Of a stretch of 64,000 nucleotides of DNA, positions 50,924 to 60,804 are shown piece by piece. Within the stretch, counting starts at the first letter, position 1; the number at the start of each line of letters is the position of its first letter. The stretch covers positions 3,200,001 through 3,264,000 of the forward strand of contig CBDETK010000013.1 of assembly GCA_965242865.1 (NCBI GenBank), in the 5' to 3' direction. The notes below the pieces were generated by a model, which searched no databases, was not told where the DNA came from, and saw only the letters and a list, made by a program, of their open reading frames with translations. The translations under genes were made by a program, and so were the position numbers. This DNA is from Candidatus Latescibacterota bacterium. Lineage in GTDB: Bacteria > Latescibacterota > UBA2968 > UBA8231.

Positions 50924-50949
50924 GACCCCTCAAGCAAGGAGACTATAAT

Positions 50950-51705
50950 ATGGAATCACCGACAAAAGTCGCCCTCGTCACGGGCGCGGGCAGCGGCATC
51001 GGTCGCCACTCGGCCCTCGCGTTGGCCGAGGCCGGCTATGCGGTGGCCCTAGCGGGCCGGCGTCAAGATGCCTTAGCGGCGACCGCGGCCATGGCGGGAG
51101 CGAATGCCCTTATGCTGCCAGTGCCCACTGACGTGGGCGATCCCCAAGCCGTGGCCGCGCTGTTTGCCCGAGTCGCCGAGTGCTTCGGCCGGCTCGATGT
51201 GCTGTTCAACAACGCCGGGGCCGGCGCCCCGGCCATGCTGTTGGAAGACCTCGAATACGAACAGTGGCAAAAGGTCGTCGCCGTCAACCTGACCGGCGCC
51301 TTCCTCTGCACCCAAGCGGCCTTCCGCATGATGAAGGACCAAACGCCGCGCGGCGGGCGGATCATCAACAACGGCTCGGTCTCGGCCGCAGCCCCGCGCC
51401 CCAACTCCGCCCCCTATACCGCCACCAAACACGCCATTACTGGCCTCACCAAATCAACCTCGCTCGACGGGCGCAAATACGACATTGCCTGCGGTCAGAT
51501 CGACATTGGCAACGCGGCGACCGACATGACGCAGCGAATGAACGCTGGCGTCCCGCAGGCCGATGGCTCCAAGCGGGTCGAGCCGCGCTTTGACGTCGAG
51601 CACGTGGCTCGCGCCGTAGTGCAGATGGCCGAGCTGCCGCTGGACACCAACGTGCTGTTTATGACCATCATGGCGACGAAAATGCCGTTTGTCGGGCGGG
51701 GGTAG
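50950..51705 (+). CDS. SDR-family oxidoreductase
   Basis: AGGAG RBS; [18 protein letters not shown]. Confidence 0.92.
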   Translation: MESPTKVALVTGAGSGIGRHSALALAEAGYAVALAGRRQDALAATAAMAGANALMLPVPTDVGDPQAVAALFARVAECFGRLDVLFNNAGAGAPAMLLEDLEYEQWQKVVAVNLTGAFLCTQAAFRMMKDQTPRGGRIINNGSVSAAAPRPNSAPYTATKHAITGLTKSTSLDGRKYDIACGQIDIGNAATDMTQRMNAGVPQADGSKRVEPRFDVEHVARAVVQMAELPLDTNVLFMTIMATKMPFVGRG

Positions 51706-51715
51706 GAACGTCACC

Positions 51716-52450
51716 ATGACCACCGCCGACGCCAAGGCCCAACTCGACGAATACGGGTACGCCGTGCTCAAAGGCGCGTTGACTGCGGAGCAGGCCAACG
51801 CCTTGCGCGCCCGCTCGGCCGCGCTGCTCGCCGCGGAGCGAGCCGCCGGGGGCGAGCATCTCTACCTCGACGGCTGCGCCCAGCGCGTATGGAACCTCGT
51901 CAACAAGGGGCGCATTTACGAGGAAATGATCCAGCTACCGCAGGTCCTCGCGCTCCAAGAGCACCTGCTAGGCGACAACTGCATCTTGAGCAGCTTCACC
52001 GTCAATCTCATCGGCCCGGGTGCGCCGGCTGGCCGCCTGCACCTCGACTTTCCGCTGGGCAGTTTTCCCCAGCCGCCGCCGTCCATCGCCCTGTGCGCCA
52101 ACACCATCTACGTACTCGACGACTTCGCGCCTGAAAACGGGGCTACGCGAATCGTGCCGGGCAGCTACAAGCGCGGGTGTCCGCCCGACCCGGAAAAAGC
52201 ATACGACGACGTCATCCAGCTAGACGCGCAACAAGGCGACATTGTAGTCTTCCACGGCGCGACTTGGCACGGCAGCGGCGCCAATCACACCGAGCAAGAG
52301 CGAATGATTCTGTTGGGATTTTTCTGCCGCTCGTTTGTGAAGCCGCAGCAGGACCAATTCAAGCTGGCGCGGCCCGAGGTCGTCGCACGGGCGACGCCGA
52401 CCCTGAAGCGCTTGCTGGGCTTTGAAGCGCAGTCGGGGATGCGGACGTAG
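51716..52450 (+). CDS. PhyH-family dioxygenase
   Basis: LHLD, DDFAPENGATRIVPGS, TWHGSGAN. Confidence 0.9.
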   Translation: MTTADAKAQLDEYGYAVLKGALTAEQANALRARSAALLAAERAAGGEHLYLDGCAQRVWNLVNKGRIYEEMIQLPQVLALQEHLLGDNCILSSFTVNLIGPGAPAGRLHLDFPLGSFPQPPPSIALCANTIYVLDDFAPENGATRIVPGSYKRGCPPDPEKAYDDVIQLDAQQGDIVVFHGATWHGSGANHTEQERMILLGFFCRSFVKPQQDQFKLARPEVVARATPTLKRLLGFEAQSGMRT

Positions 52451-52540
52451 GGCTGCGATACGGGCCGCCAACTTGCGAGCACAGACGGCTGCGATTTCGA
52501 CAATCCACGAGACGCTAACGCTTCAACAACGGGAAAAACT

Positions 52541-52936
52541 ATGTCCATGGACCAGCTAAACCACTACCAGCGCAAGCTCGCTTACGAAATGGATTCGTGG
52601 GATCTGTACGTGGCGTTGGGCGAGAACGAACCCATCGCTGTCGTCGATGGCCGTTCCGCCGAGGCGTATGCCCAAGAGCACATTCCGGGCGCACTCAACC
52701 TGCCCCACCGGGCGATCTGCTCCAATTCCACTGCTTCGCTCGACAAATCAAAGCTCTATGTCTGCTACTGCGATGGCATCGGCTGCAACGCCTCGACCAA
52801 GACGGCGTTGAAACTGTTGACGCTGGGCTTTCAGGTGCGCGAACTCATCGGCGGCCTCGACTGGTGGAAGCGCGACGGCTACGCCACCGCCGGCGACGAG
52901 GCGCGGCCCGGGACCGAGGTCCAGTGCGGATGCTGA
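52541..52936 (+). CDS. Rhodanese-like protein
   Basis: HIPGALN, YCDGIGCNAS, LIGGLDWW. Confidence 0.9.
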   Translation: MSMDQLNHYQRKLAYEMDSWDLYVALGENEPIAVVDGRSAEAYAQEHIPGALNLPHRAICSNSTASLDKSKLYVCYCDGIGCNASTKTALKLLTLGFQVRELIGGLDWWKRDGYATAGDEARPGTEVQCGC

Positions 52937-52937
52937 G

Positions 52938-52970
52938 CTAGGCGATGACGTTCGTATCGACGACGATCAA
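52938..52970 (-). pseudogene. N-terminal stub of a VapC/PIN toxin
   Basis: TTG start overlaps the antitoxin stop: MIVVDTNVIA*. Confidence 0.7.
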
Positions 52971-53185
52971 GGACGCCCTTCTTTGATGCCTTTAGACAGA
53001 ATCGTTTGTGTAAGAGGTTTGGCGGGCTTAATCGGGGCAGGTAGGTCGAGCTTCGCGGGCTCTTCAAGGCTGTTTTCTATAAGTGCTAACACATGGTGCG
53101 CCATGGATCGCTGGTGCTTGGCGGCGTCCTCTTTGAGGCGGCGATGCAGGTCAGCGGGGACTTTCTTGATAAGTATATCGGGCAT
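52967..53185 (-). CDS. FitA-like ribbon-helix-helix antitoxin
   Basis: MPDILIKKVPADLHRRLKEDAAKHQRSM. Confidence 0.8.
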   Translation of the reverse strand: MPDILIKKVPADLHRRLKEDAAKHQRSMAHHVLALIENSLEEPAKLDLPAPIKPAKPLTQTILSKGIKEGRP

Positions 53186-53273
53186 TTGTGAAACTCCGCT
53201 TTTGGTAGCATTTTGCTATAAAAATACTACGAGCACAACGCGAGGCTCGATGGCCTAGTGGATTGGCAAAAGA

Positions 53274-53306
53274 AAACCCCAAGTCGTTATCGCCAACTTG
53301 GGGTTT
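53274..53306 (-). terminator. Rho-independent terminator after tRNA-Glu
   Basis: AAACCCCAAGT...ACTTGGGGTTT stem followed by a T-rich tract on the minus strand. Confidence 0.75.
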
Positions 53307-53309
53307 AAT

Positions 53310-53385
53310 TGGTAGCCCGTACGGGATTCGAACCCGTGTTACCGGCGTGAGAGGCCGGCGTCCTAGGCCTCTAGACGAACGGGCC
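53310..53385 (-). tRNA. tRNA-Glu(CTC)
   Basis: 76 nt, GGCCCGT...CCGGC-CTCTCAC-GCCGG...GGTTCGAATCC...CCA. Confidence 0.96.
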
Positions 53386-53414
53386 AAAGTTCGTTTTTAG
53401 CCTGACAGGTTCAA

Positions 53415-53490
53415 AAAATAGAATTCCCAAATTGTATTGTCAAGGTGTGCGGCCGGGCCGTTTGACAGTCGCGGACCGGCGTGGTACTGT
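53415..53490. promoter_or_regulatory. Divergent sigma70-type promoters (tRNA and PhyH gene)
   Basis: Minus strand TTGACA-N17-TATTTT (53443-53415); plus strand TTGACA-N17-TACTGT (53462-53490). Confidence 0.6.
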
Positions 53491-53529
53491 TGCCCTGCAC
53501 ACAGAGACCGCCCCGCTGAGGAGAACCAC

Positions 53530-54354
53530 GTGAACGAAATCGAAACCTTTGAATTCGACCGCCAAGGCTACATCGTCATTGAAAACCTGCTCGACGAGAC
53601 CCAAGTGGCCGCGCTGGCCGAGGCCGTCGATGAGCTGGAAGAGCACGCGCTCGCGCACGTTGCCCAGCCGCCGCGCAAGCAAAGCGGCTGGGGGGCCAAC
53701 TACCACGCCAATCCCGAGCGCGGCTATCACGCCAACGGCGAGCGGGCCGAGGGCAAGACCCTCATCATTGAAGATTACTGGAACGCCAACCCGGCCTTTG
53801 ACCTGTTGCTCGACCACCAGCCGACGATGAACTACATCCGCGGCATCGTCAAACAGCGGCCGACGATCAACAACTCCGAGATCCGCATCCGCTACCGCGG
53901 CAACGCCACCGGCTGCCACGGCGGCACCGTCGCGGCCAGCCAAAAGTACCGCTATAGCTACACCGAGCACGGCATCGACTGCATGATGGTGCGGATGGTC
54001 TATTTCATCCACGATTGCACCAACGAGCAGGGGGCCTTTTGCGTGGTGCCGGGGACGCACAAGACCAATTTGCCCTCGCCCCACAGCAACGACCCGGACG
54101 AAGACCCAGACATGATCGGCCTAGCGGTCAAGGCTGGGGACGCGATTCTCTTCACCGAGAATTTGCGCCACGGCGGTTTCACCAACCGCTCTGAGCAGAC
54201 GCGCAAGACCCTGCACGTGGGGTACGGACCGCATTGGATGATGTCGCAAAACATCGCCACCATGGACGAAAGGCAACACATCACCCCAGAGACGTTCGCC
54301 CGCCTCACCGAAGCGCAGCGGGATTTGTTCCGGGCCTATCCACCTCAGCACTAA
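53530..54354 (+). CDS. PhyH-family Fe/2OG enzyme with HGG motif
   Basis: GAGGAG RBS with GTG start; FDRQGYIVI, CHGG, FCVVPGTHK, NLRHGG. Confidence 0.85.
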   Translation: MNEIETFEFDRQGYIVIENLLDETQVAALAEAVDELEEHALAHVAQPPRKQSGWGANYHANPERGYHANGERAEGKTLIIEDYWNANPAFDLLLDHQPTMNYIRGIVKQRPTINNSEIRIRYRGNATGCHGGTVAASQKYRYSYTEHGIDCMMVRMVYFIHDCTNEQGAFCVVPGTHKTNLPSPHSNDPDEDPDMIGLAVKAGDAILFTENLRHGGFTNRSEQTRKTLHVGYGPHWMMSQNIATMDERQHITPETFARLTEAQRDLFRAYPPQH

Positions 54355-56906
54355 GTCGGAAACTCTTCGTAGTAGCGGTCAAAGGCCGCGGCCGTGCCGC
54401 AGATGTAAAGCGCGTCCTCGGGCTCCAGTACCAACGAAGCCGGGATCTCCATGATCACATCGCCAGCTCGCTCAACAGCCACCACCGAGCAGCCCGTGCG
54501 CTCGCGGATGCGGGCGGCGAGCGGGTGGCGTCCAGCGAGCGGGCCGGGCCTGAGCTTGACCATCTTGATCCGGGGCTTGTGCGAAACCGTCTCGCCGAGG
54601 ACGTGGTGAACCAGCAACTGGCCGGCGACTTGGCTGACCGAGAGCGCGAAATCAGCCCCAGCGCGCTGCACCCGGTCTGCGTTTTCAACGTGGGACACGC
54701 AGGCCAACAGAGGAATTTCTGGGACGTGATCGCGGACTACGGCCGCGGCGAACAGGGCGGCCCCGTCGCTGTCGAGGGCGAGGATGACGACCCGGGCCTC
54801 TGCAATGGCGGCGCGGTCTAGGACGCGCACATCGAGCACATCGCCGACCGCATCGACGCCGGCCCTTTCGACCGCATCGACGACCCGCACGTCCTCGCCC
54901 GCCGCACGGAGAATCTCGACCAGCTTCTGCCCGACATCGCCAAAGCCAATCACCGCAATCGGCCCTTGCTGGGTAATTGGCCGGGCCATGTCGTTTAACC
55001 TGTGAATGCTCGCGGGCGTACCGACCGCCACTAAAATGGCCCCGGGCAGTAGCTTTTCCGCCGCGGCTGGCGGCGACCCGAGCGCGTCGTCCGCCCACTG
55101 CCCGACGATGTGGGCCCCGGTCCGGGTGTAGAGCTCGGCCTCGGCCAAGGTGCGGTTGGCGAGCGGGCTTTGGTCGTGAACGCGCAGCTCGGCCACTTCG
55201 AGGAACGAGTCGAGCGGCTCTACGCCGGCCACGCGCGGCCCGATCTTCGCACTGGCGCGGACGGCAATTGCCGCGGCGAGGACATGGTTGGGGGTAAAGG
55301 CCACGGTCGCACCCGCCAGCAACATGGGGCCGCGGCGCTGGGGGTGCTCTATCATCGCCACGATGGGACCGGCAAAGCCGGCCTCGCGGGCACTGAGCGT
55401 AAACAGCGCGTTGTCGTCGTCGGAACCGTTGGCTACCAGTGCCTTCGCCTCGGTCAACGGCTGTAGGTCCAGAGTCTCTGTCGCTAGGTTCGCGTGTACG
55501 ACCTGTACACCAGCCCTCGTCTGAAGCGGCCGCGCCGTTGCCTCGTCCTCTTCGATCACCACCAGCGGCCGGTGCCGGCTGGAAAGCTCGTCGATTAGGG
55601 TCTCGACCGCCGGGCCGTAGCGGTAGATGACCACGGCGTCTTCTACTGTAGGCAAGGTGCCTTCGGTTGGATTTTCGTCAAAGAGCGGGGTATTGAATTT
55701 GTCGATCTGAAACACCCCGAGTTGGGTGTCGCCCCCATGCGCCACCCGGCCTTCTAGGAGGACGGCGCAGCCCTTGAGTGCCAGCGGCGTGAAGAGATTT
55801 AACAGGAATGCCGTGAAGATCAAAATGCTAAAGGTCTCCTGACCGATGACCCCTTGCGCCAAGGCCAGCGCGGCCAAGATAAACGCCATCTCGGCGCGGC
55901 CGCACATGCCCACGCCCACCGTCATTGCCTCGCGCCAAGACATGCCAAGGCGCAGGGCCATGCCGCCGGCACTAAGCACTTGCCCGGCGATGACCGTCAC
56001 TGCCAGCAACGCGATAAACGCCACGCTCGCCGCGCTAATGTCAAACGAAATGGAAAAGCCCAGCGAGATGAAGAAAATTGGCCCGAGGAACGAATAGGCA
56101 ATGCCGTAGGCGCGGTCGTTTACCACCTTGACTAGGTTGGGGTGGGCGACGCGCTCTTCAAAGAACAGGCCCGCCAAGTAGGCACCCAAAATCATGTGCA
56201 GCCCAATGGCCTCGGCAAAAAGACCGGCTGCAACGGCGGCCAGCAGTACAAAGGTAAAGCCCTTGCCGCCTTCGGAGCGGAAGGGCAGGGTGAGGCGGGG
56301 ATAGACGAAGGTGCCCAACAGCAGCGCGACCGCGAAGAACCCCACCACTTTGCCCAAGTTGACGGCGAGGTCCAAAGGCGCAAAGGTGCCCCCGGACAGC
56401 GCGCCGATCACGAGGCTAAAAAAGATCAAGGTCAAAAGGTCGTTGATGATGCAACTAGCGATGATGATTCGCGCAATGCGCGTATCAGTCAACCCCAAGT
56501 CCTTGAGGCTTTTTAGGGTAATTACAACGGCGGTAGCGGTGCCGATGATCAGCCCCACGAAGACCGAGGCGGCCAGCTCCAGCCCGAAGAGTTGGGCGAC
56601 GGCAAAGCTGACCGCAAAGGGCACTGCGGCCCCGGCTATCGCCACCCCCAGCGAGCGCTTGAGCGCGGCGAAAAACTCGTTGGGCTGGGTCTCCACCCCG
56701 GCGTGGAACATCAGAAAGAAGATGCCGATCTCGGCCAACAACCGGATGGCCTCGTCCGGCTCGACCCAGCCGAACACGGCCGGCCCCACCAAGACCCCGA
56801 CGATCAGTTCGCCCATCACCGTCGGCAGGCCCAGCGGCCGTAAGGTCACGGCCACCAGCCAAATTCCGGCGAGCAAGATGAGTAAATCGAGCGCTACATC
56901 GTGCAT
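54351..56906 (-). CDS. CPA2 cation:proton antiporter fused to two TrkA-N/TrkA-C (RCK) pairs
   Basis: GELIVGVLVGP and polytopic N-terminal half; VIGFGDVG; RCK_C-like segments. Confidence 0.85.
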   Translation of the reverse strand: MHDVALDLLILLAGIWLVAVTLRPLGLPTVMGELIVGVLVGPAVFGWVEPDEAIRLLAEIGIFFLMFHAGVETQPNEFFAALKRSLGVAIAGAAVPFAVSFAVAQLFGLELAASVFVGLIIGTATAVVITLKSLKDLGLTDTRIARIIIASCIINDLLTLIFFSLVIGALSGGTFAPLDLAVNLGKVVGFFAVALLLGTFVYPRLTLPFRSEGGKGFTFVLLAAVAAGLFAEAIGLHMILGAYLAGLFFEERVAHPNLVKVVNDRAYGIAYSFLGPIFFISLGFSISFDISAASVAFIALLAVTVIAGQVLSAGGMALRLGMSWREAMTVGVGMCGRAEMAFILAALALAQGVIGQETFSILIFTAFLLNLFTPLALKGCAVLLEGRVAHGGDTQLGVFQIDKFNTPLFDENPTEGTLPTVEDAVVIYRYGPAVETLIDELSSRHRPLVVIEEDEATARPLQTRAGVQVVHANLATETLDLQPLTEAKALVANGSDDDNALFTLSAREAGFAGPIVAMIEHPQRRGPMLLAGATVAFTPNHVLAAAIAVRASAKIGPRVAGVEPLDSFLEVAELRVHDQSPLANRTLAEAELYTRTGAHIVGQWADDALGSPPAAAEKLLPGAILVAVGTPASIHRLNDMARPITQQGPIAVIGFGDVGQKLVEILRAAGEDVRVVDAVERAGVDAVGDVLDVRVLDRAAIAEARVVILALDSDGAALFAAAVVRDHVPEIPLLACVSHVENADRVQRAGADFALSVSQVAGQLLVHHVLGETVSHKPRIKMVKLRPGPLAGRHPLAARIRERTGCSVVAVERAGDVIMEIPASLVLEPEDALYICGTAAAFDRYYEEFPT

Positions 56907-56962
56907 GAGGAAGACGGCCTGCTTGCTCTAAGGAGGCATTTTCTGCGGTTCCCGCTAGACAG

Positions 56963-57232
56963 CTAGCGCCGTCGGCCCCGCCGGGGCTTGCCGCGCGGGC
57001 GCGAGAAGGGGCGGGCGGTCATTTCCTCGACGACTAGGTCAAAGCCCTTGAGGTTTTGCCCGTTGAGCATGTCAATGGCCTCGCGGGCCGCGGCCTTGCT
57101 GGGCATGTCGATTTGGCCCCAGCGGCGGCGTGGGTCAATGGTGACAGCGGCGACCGCACCGAACAACTCAAACAGCGTGCGGAGGTCGTCCTCAGTGGTG
57201 TCAGCAGACAGATTATCGACGCGAATCTTCAT
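56963..57232 (-). CDS. RRM RNA-binding protein
   Basis: IRVDNLS.DTTEDDLR.LF..FG...AI..LNGQ; Arg-rich tail. Confidence 0.8.
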   Translation of the reverse strand: MKIRVDNLSADTTEDDLRTLFELFGAVAAVTIDPRRRWGQIDMPSKAAAREAIDMLNGQNLKGFDLVVEEMTARPFSRPRGKPRRGRRR

Positions 57233-57423
57233 CTAAACTCCAAAATAAAAAAGGGAATTATATAGATGCCTAAGCAGGGTGCATCGGCATAAAATCTCTA
57301 CAAATTTTGCTAAACTTGGTTAAATTTGTAAAACATTCGAGTTCAAAAACTTTGACGAATTTGCCAAATTTGGTTAAATCGTCAAAAAAACCCTATCCGC
57401 TTAGACAACTATATAAGCCCCAT

Positions 57424-57458
57424 AAAAAAGGGGGTGATGCGGTGTACATCACCCCCTT
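57424..57458 (-). terminator. Rho-independent terminator after the cold-shock gene
   Basis: AAGGGGGTGATG...CATCACCCCCTT stem with T-tract on the minus strand. Confidence 0.75.
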
Positions 57459-57483
57459 CTGCACTATGGTAAAGCGCAAGGGT

Positions 57484-57696
57484 CTAAGTAAGTGCTACGA
57501 CGCTCTCAGCCGCCGGGCCTTTCTTGCCCTGAACGACTTCAAACTCCACTTCCTGCCCGTCGGACAAGGAGCGAAACCCCTCGGCCCGGATCGCGCTGTG
57601 GTGGACGAAAACATCTTCGCCGTTTTCGCGCTCGATAAATCCGAAGCCCTTCGCGTCGTTGAACCACTTTACGGTTCCCTTCTCGCGGTCTGCCAT
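57484..57696 (-). CDS. Cold-shock protein (CspA family)
   Basis: [15 protein letters not shown]...DVFVHHSAI. Confidence 0.95.
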   Translation of the reverse strand: MADREKGTVKWFNDAKGFGFIERENGEDVFVHHSAIRAEGFRSLSDGQEVEFEVVQGKKGPAAESVVALT

Positions 57697-58006
57697 GAGT
57701 AAAATCCTTTGCAATGTGCGGTTAGTGCAGAGCGTGCGAATAACTTTGAGTAGGAATCTACTGCTTCAGGCTTTTCGGTAGGAAAACTACATCAGGCCCG
57801 GGGGTAGGAATCTACGCGGATCCGAACGACTGCCAACGCGGTCCATAAACGCCCCTACAACTATTGCAGAGACAAACAATGGGCTAAATATAGTCAATCT
57901 TAGCCGCAACACAAGCAACTAATTCGCCAGCCACCGGGCCATCTCTCCCCCACTCCTTGGTTTGGAATTGGCCCTGCGGCCTCTATATTAAAGGAATTCA
58001 CACCCA

Positions 58007-58717
58007 ATGGAGAAACGGACCATGAGCGCGACCGGACCGGGGTTTGCCGCCGAAGATATGAGCCTTTTTGTGCGGATGCAGCGCGTGTTTTATGCACCTC
58101 GCACGGCTTTTGCCGCAGTGCGCGGCCAAGAGAGCGCACACGACTGGTTGCTGCCGGCGCTCTTGGTTTGCGCGGTCGGGATTGGTGCCCATCACCTAGC
58201 CTTCAACGCGGCCCCTCCAGCCGTCCAGCAGCAACTAGAGAGCTTGGACGAGGCCGAGCGGCAGCGCCTAGCGGCGTTCCAAGCGCATGGCTGGATGGTG
58301 ATCCCGGTGGGGCTTTTCTCTTCTTTGGTCGTGGTCGGGGGCGTGCTGTTGGTGCTGGTGCGCTCGGTTTTCCAAGCCGAGGTTAGCTACCGGCAAATGC
58401 TGGTAGTCAAAGCTTATGCGGCCCTAGTGGTGGCTGTTGAGTGGGCGGTGCAGGCGGTGCTGGTGCTGGCGACGGGCAACATTGAGGCGCATATCGGGCT
58501 GGGCCTTTTCCTGTCCGAGGAGGCGGCCGCCACGTTTGGCGGCCGGGTACTCATGGCCCTCAATCCCTTTGACCTGTGGCAGATTGGGATCATGGGCGTC
58601 GGGTTGAGCGCGCTGACCGACGCGCCCGTGCGGAAGGCGACTGTCTTGCTGGGGCTTTTGTGGCTGGTCTGGCTAATCGGCGGAACCGTCATCGAGACCA
58701 TCGGGCGGACCGCTTGA
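58007..58717 (+). CDS. YIP1-family membrane protein
   Basis: VFYAPRTAF, several TMs, NPFDLW. Confidence 0.75.
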   Translation: MEKRTMSATGPGFAAEDMSLFVRMQRVFYAPRTAFAAVRGQESAHDWLLPALLVCAVGIGAHHLAFNAAPPAVQQQLESLDEAERQRLAAFQAHGWMVIPVGLFSSLVVVGGVLLVLVRSVFQAEVSYRQMLVVKAYAALVVAVEWAVQAVLVLATGNIEAHIGLGLFLSEEAAATFGGRVLMALNPFDLWQIGIMGVGLSALTDAPVRKATVLLGLLWLVWLIGGTVIETIGRTA

Positions 58718-58735
58718 CGTCAGGCGTGAGTCTTT

Positions 58736-59749
58736 CTACCTCCCCACCTCCACTCCCTGCACCCCAAACACTTCTGCGAGAAAATTCTCGCCCATACGCA
58801 CGTAGCCCGTAGCGTCTGGATGGAGATTGTCGGGCAGATATTCGGCGAGGCTTTCGTCAAAGAGCTTGAGACCGCCGATGTAATAGATGGTGTCGTCGCC
58901 GCGCCGCTTAAACGCTTCGACCGCTTCCGCAACCTCGACCCGCATCTGCTCCAAGGTTAGGCCGACCGCATTGGGCGTGGTCTCGCGGTCGTGCCCCCAA
59001 ATCGGCGAGCAGACTGCCAACGGGGTGTGGGGATGACCGTCGCGGATGGTGGCAATGGTGCCGAGGACGGCCGGGCGGAAGGCACGCGGCCCGAGGCTGG
59101 CCGCACCGTAGATGTTGATGCCGAGCTTGACCGAGATAAAGTCTGCGGGCAGGTCGCGGATTAGCCGGGCGATGAACGGGTCGGCGTGGCACTGGCCGCC
59201 GTAGCCCAGCGAAGTGAGGTTGAAGTCTCGAGCGCGAGCGACCACCCCGGGCCAAGTGGTAGCGGGCGATCCGGCGTTGCTGCAATGAGTGATCGAGCTG
59301 CCATAAGTAACCCACTTCAGCCGAGTGTCCTCGCTTTTTTCGCAACGCGCTCCCGCGGGCAATTCGAGGTGGCGCAGGGCGACGGGCATGGCCGGCGACA
59401 GCCAGATTTCCAAGGATTTCTCGCCCGCCGGCAAGCCCGCAAAGCGGACCTCGGTCGCACCCGCCCGATATGCAGCCGTGGCCGCGATCGATCCGTTGAT
59501 GCACAGGTCAAAGCAGCCGTCTTCGGCCAGCGGCTCGCAGCCGACGACTAATTCCTCGGCATCCGAGACCAAGCACACTCGCACGCCCGAAGGCATCTCG
59601 GCCCGCTCGGCCAAGCCGCTCGCCCCGGGCGAGTACAAGTCCAAATCTACGTGGGGAATGCGCCAAGGCTTGACCCAGCCCGGCCCCTGTTCGAGCGAGA
59701 GGGCACCGCTCCACGTCAGGCGGGGGTCTGTAGCAGGAATGATGGGCAT
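58736..59749 (-). CDS. SGNH/GDSL hydrolase
   Basis: YGSSITH, KLGIN, DNLHP. Confidence 0.85.
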   Translation of the reverse strand: MPIIPATDPRLTWSGALSLEQGPGWVKPWRIPHVDLDLYSPGASGLAERAEMPSGVRVCLVSDAEELVVGCEPLAEDGCFDLCINGSIAATAAYRAGATEVRFAGLPAGEKSLEIWLSPAMPVALRHLELPAGARCEKSEDTRLKWVTYGSSITHCSNAGSPATTWPGVVARARDFNLTSLGYGGQCHADPFIARLIRDLPADFISVKLGINIYGAASLGPRAFRPAVLGTIATIRDGHPHTPLAVCSPIWGHDRETTPNAVGLTLEQMRVEVAEAVEAFKRRGDDTIYYIGGLKLFDESLAEYLPDNLHPDATGYVRMGENFLAEVFGVQGVEVGR

Positions 59750-59831
59750 AAAAATCCTTTCTGTGTGGAAGGGAACAGGCTCAATTGGTGCGCGAGCGAA
59801 CTACGGTTCCGCCATCGGCTTCTATCAGCCA

Positions 59832-60629
59832 TCAATAATACGTCTCCGCGTTGTGTACTGGGTCGTAGCCCACTTCGCGCCGGGGCGTTTCAATGTCAAA
59901 GATGTTGTAGGTGTTGTCCGAGATCGCAAAATAGTGCGCGCCGCTGGGCAGGTCACCGGCGCAATGCCGCTGGAAGCAGGCGTGGACCAAGCGGGCGGCG
60001 TCCTCTTGGTGGCACCAGACGGCAAAGTAGCCCCGTTCCGCGGCGCGGGCGTCGTTTTGTGCATTGACGCCACCCCAACGCATGGCAACCGCGCTGTGGC
60101 CTTGGTCGGCGACCTTTTGCACCCATTCCTCCACGTGGGCTTTTTCGCGTCCGTAGTCGTTGATCGGGTGTGCGGGCACGGCCGCGGAAATTCGCTCGGG
60201 CCAATCGGTTATCTGGTCGAACTGCCGCTCGGCCAAGGTCCAGTAGAAGCCCGGTTGGTGAAAGTCGTACAGTCCATCCACCGCGTGAACCGAGCTGGAG
60301 CCGACGATCATCGGCGGCTCGTCTTGGGCCAACACCGCTGCAAAAACCAAGTCGGTCATCCGGTTCATGGCCGCCAAGCCGCCGCACCGAGCCAGATAGA
60401 CGACCAAGTCGCACCCGGGAATCAGGGCGCGAAAGGCATCCGGCGATTTCGTAATATCGAGGTCGATAAAATCCCCGCCGGCATCCGGCTCGGTCGCCTT
60501 GTCTGGCGCACCGGGCAAATCCACGGAAACTATGCGGTAGCGCGGGTCGAGCCGCGGCATATAGGTCCGCAGGCCCGAGCCAATCGCGCCGCGCCCGCCG
60601 ATGAGCAACACCTTATATACTGACGCCAT
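59832..60629 (-). CDS. NAD(P)-dependent epimerase/dehydrogenase (uronate dehydrogenase-like)
   Basis: GGRGAIG, SSVHA, YGREK, ISDN...GYDP. Confidence 0.75.
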   Translation of the reverse strand: MASVYKVLLIGGRGAIGSGLRTYMPRLDPRYRIVSVDLPGAPDKATEPDAGGDFIDLDITKSPDAFRALIPGCDLVVYLARCGGLAAMNRMTDLVFAAVLAQDEPPMIVGSSSVHAVDGLYDFHQPGFYWTLAERQFDQITDWPERISAAVPAHPINDYGREKAHVEEWVQKVADQGHSAVAMRWGGVNAQNDARAAERGYFAVWCHQEDAARLVHACFQRHCAGDLPSGAHYFAISDNTYNIFDIETPRREVGYDPVHNAETYY

Positions 60630-60804
60630 GCAACGCCTCCTTTTGTGCAGGCAAACCTAAGCGACGCACCGCCGATTGACCAGCCTTTGCTACGCATCTG
60701 GATGCTTCTAAAAGGCCGCGATCACTCCCTTTTTCAGCTACTATGGCGACGCGGCGTTCGTCCGGCGACCAAGAGACCAAGATAAAGAACCGCGGATGTT
60801 GTCC

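Noticed and set aside
50071-50949. Long N-terminal extension of the SDR ORF
   Set aside because: Overlaps glcB in another frame; the RBS supports a start at 50950
57300-57390. AT-rich degenerate ~9-bp periodic sequence
   Set aside because: Too irregular to assign a function
59325-60623. 432-aa plus-strand ORF and similar long antisense ORFs
   Set aside because: Shadows of well-supported opposite-strand genes in GC-rich DNA
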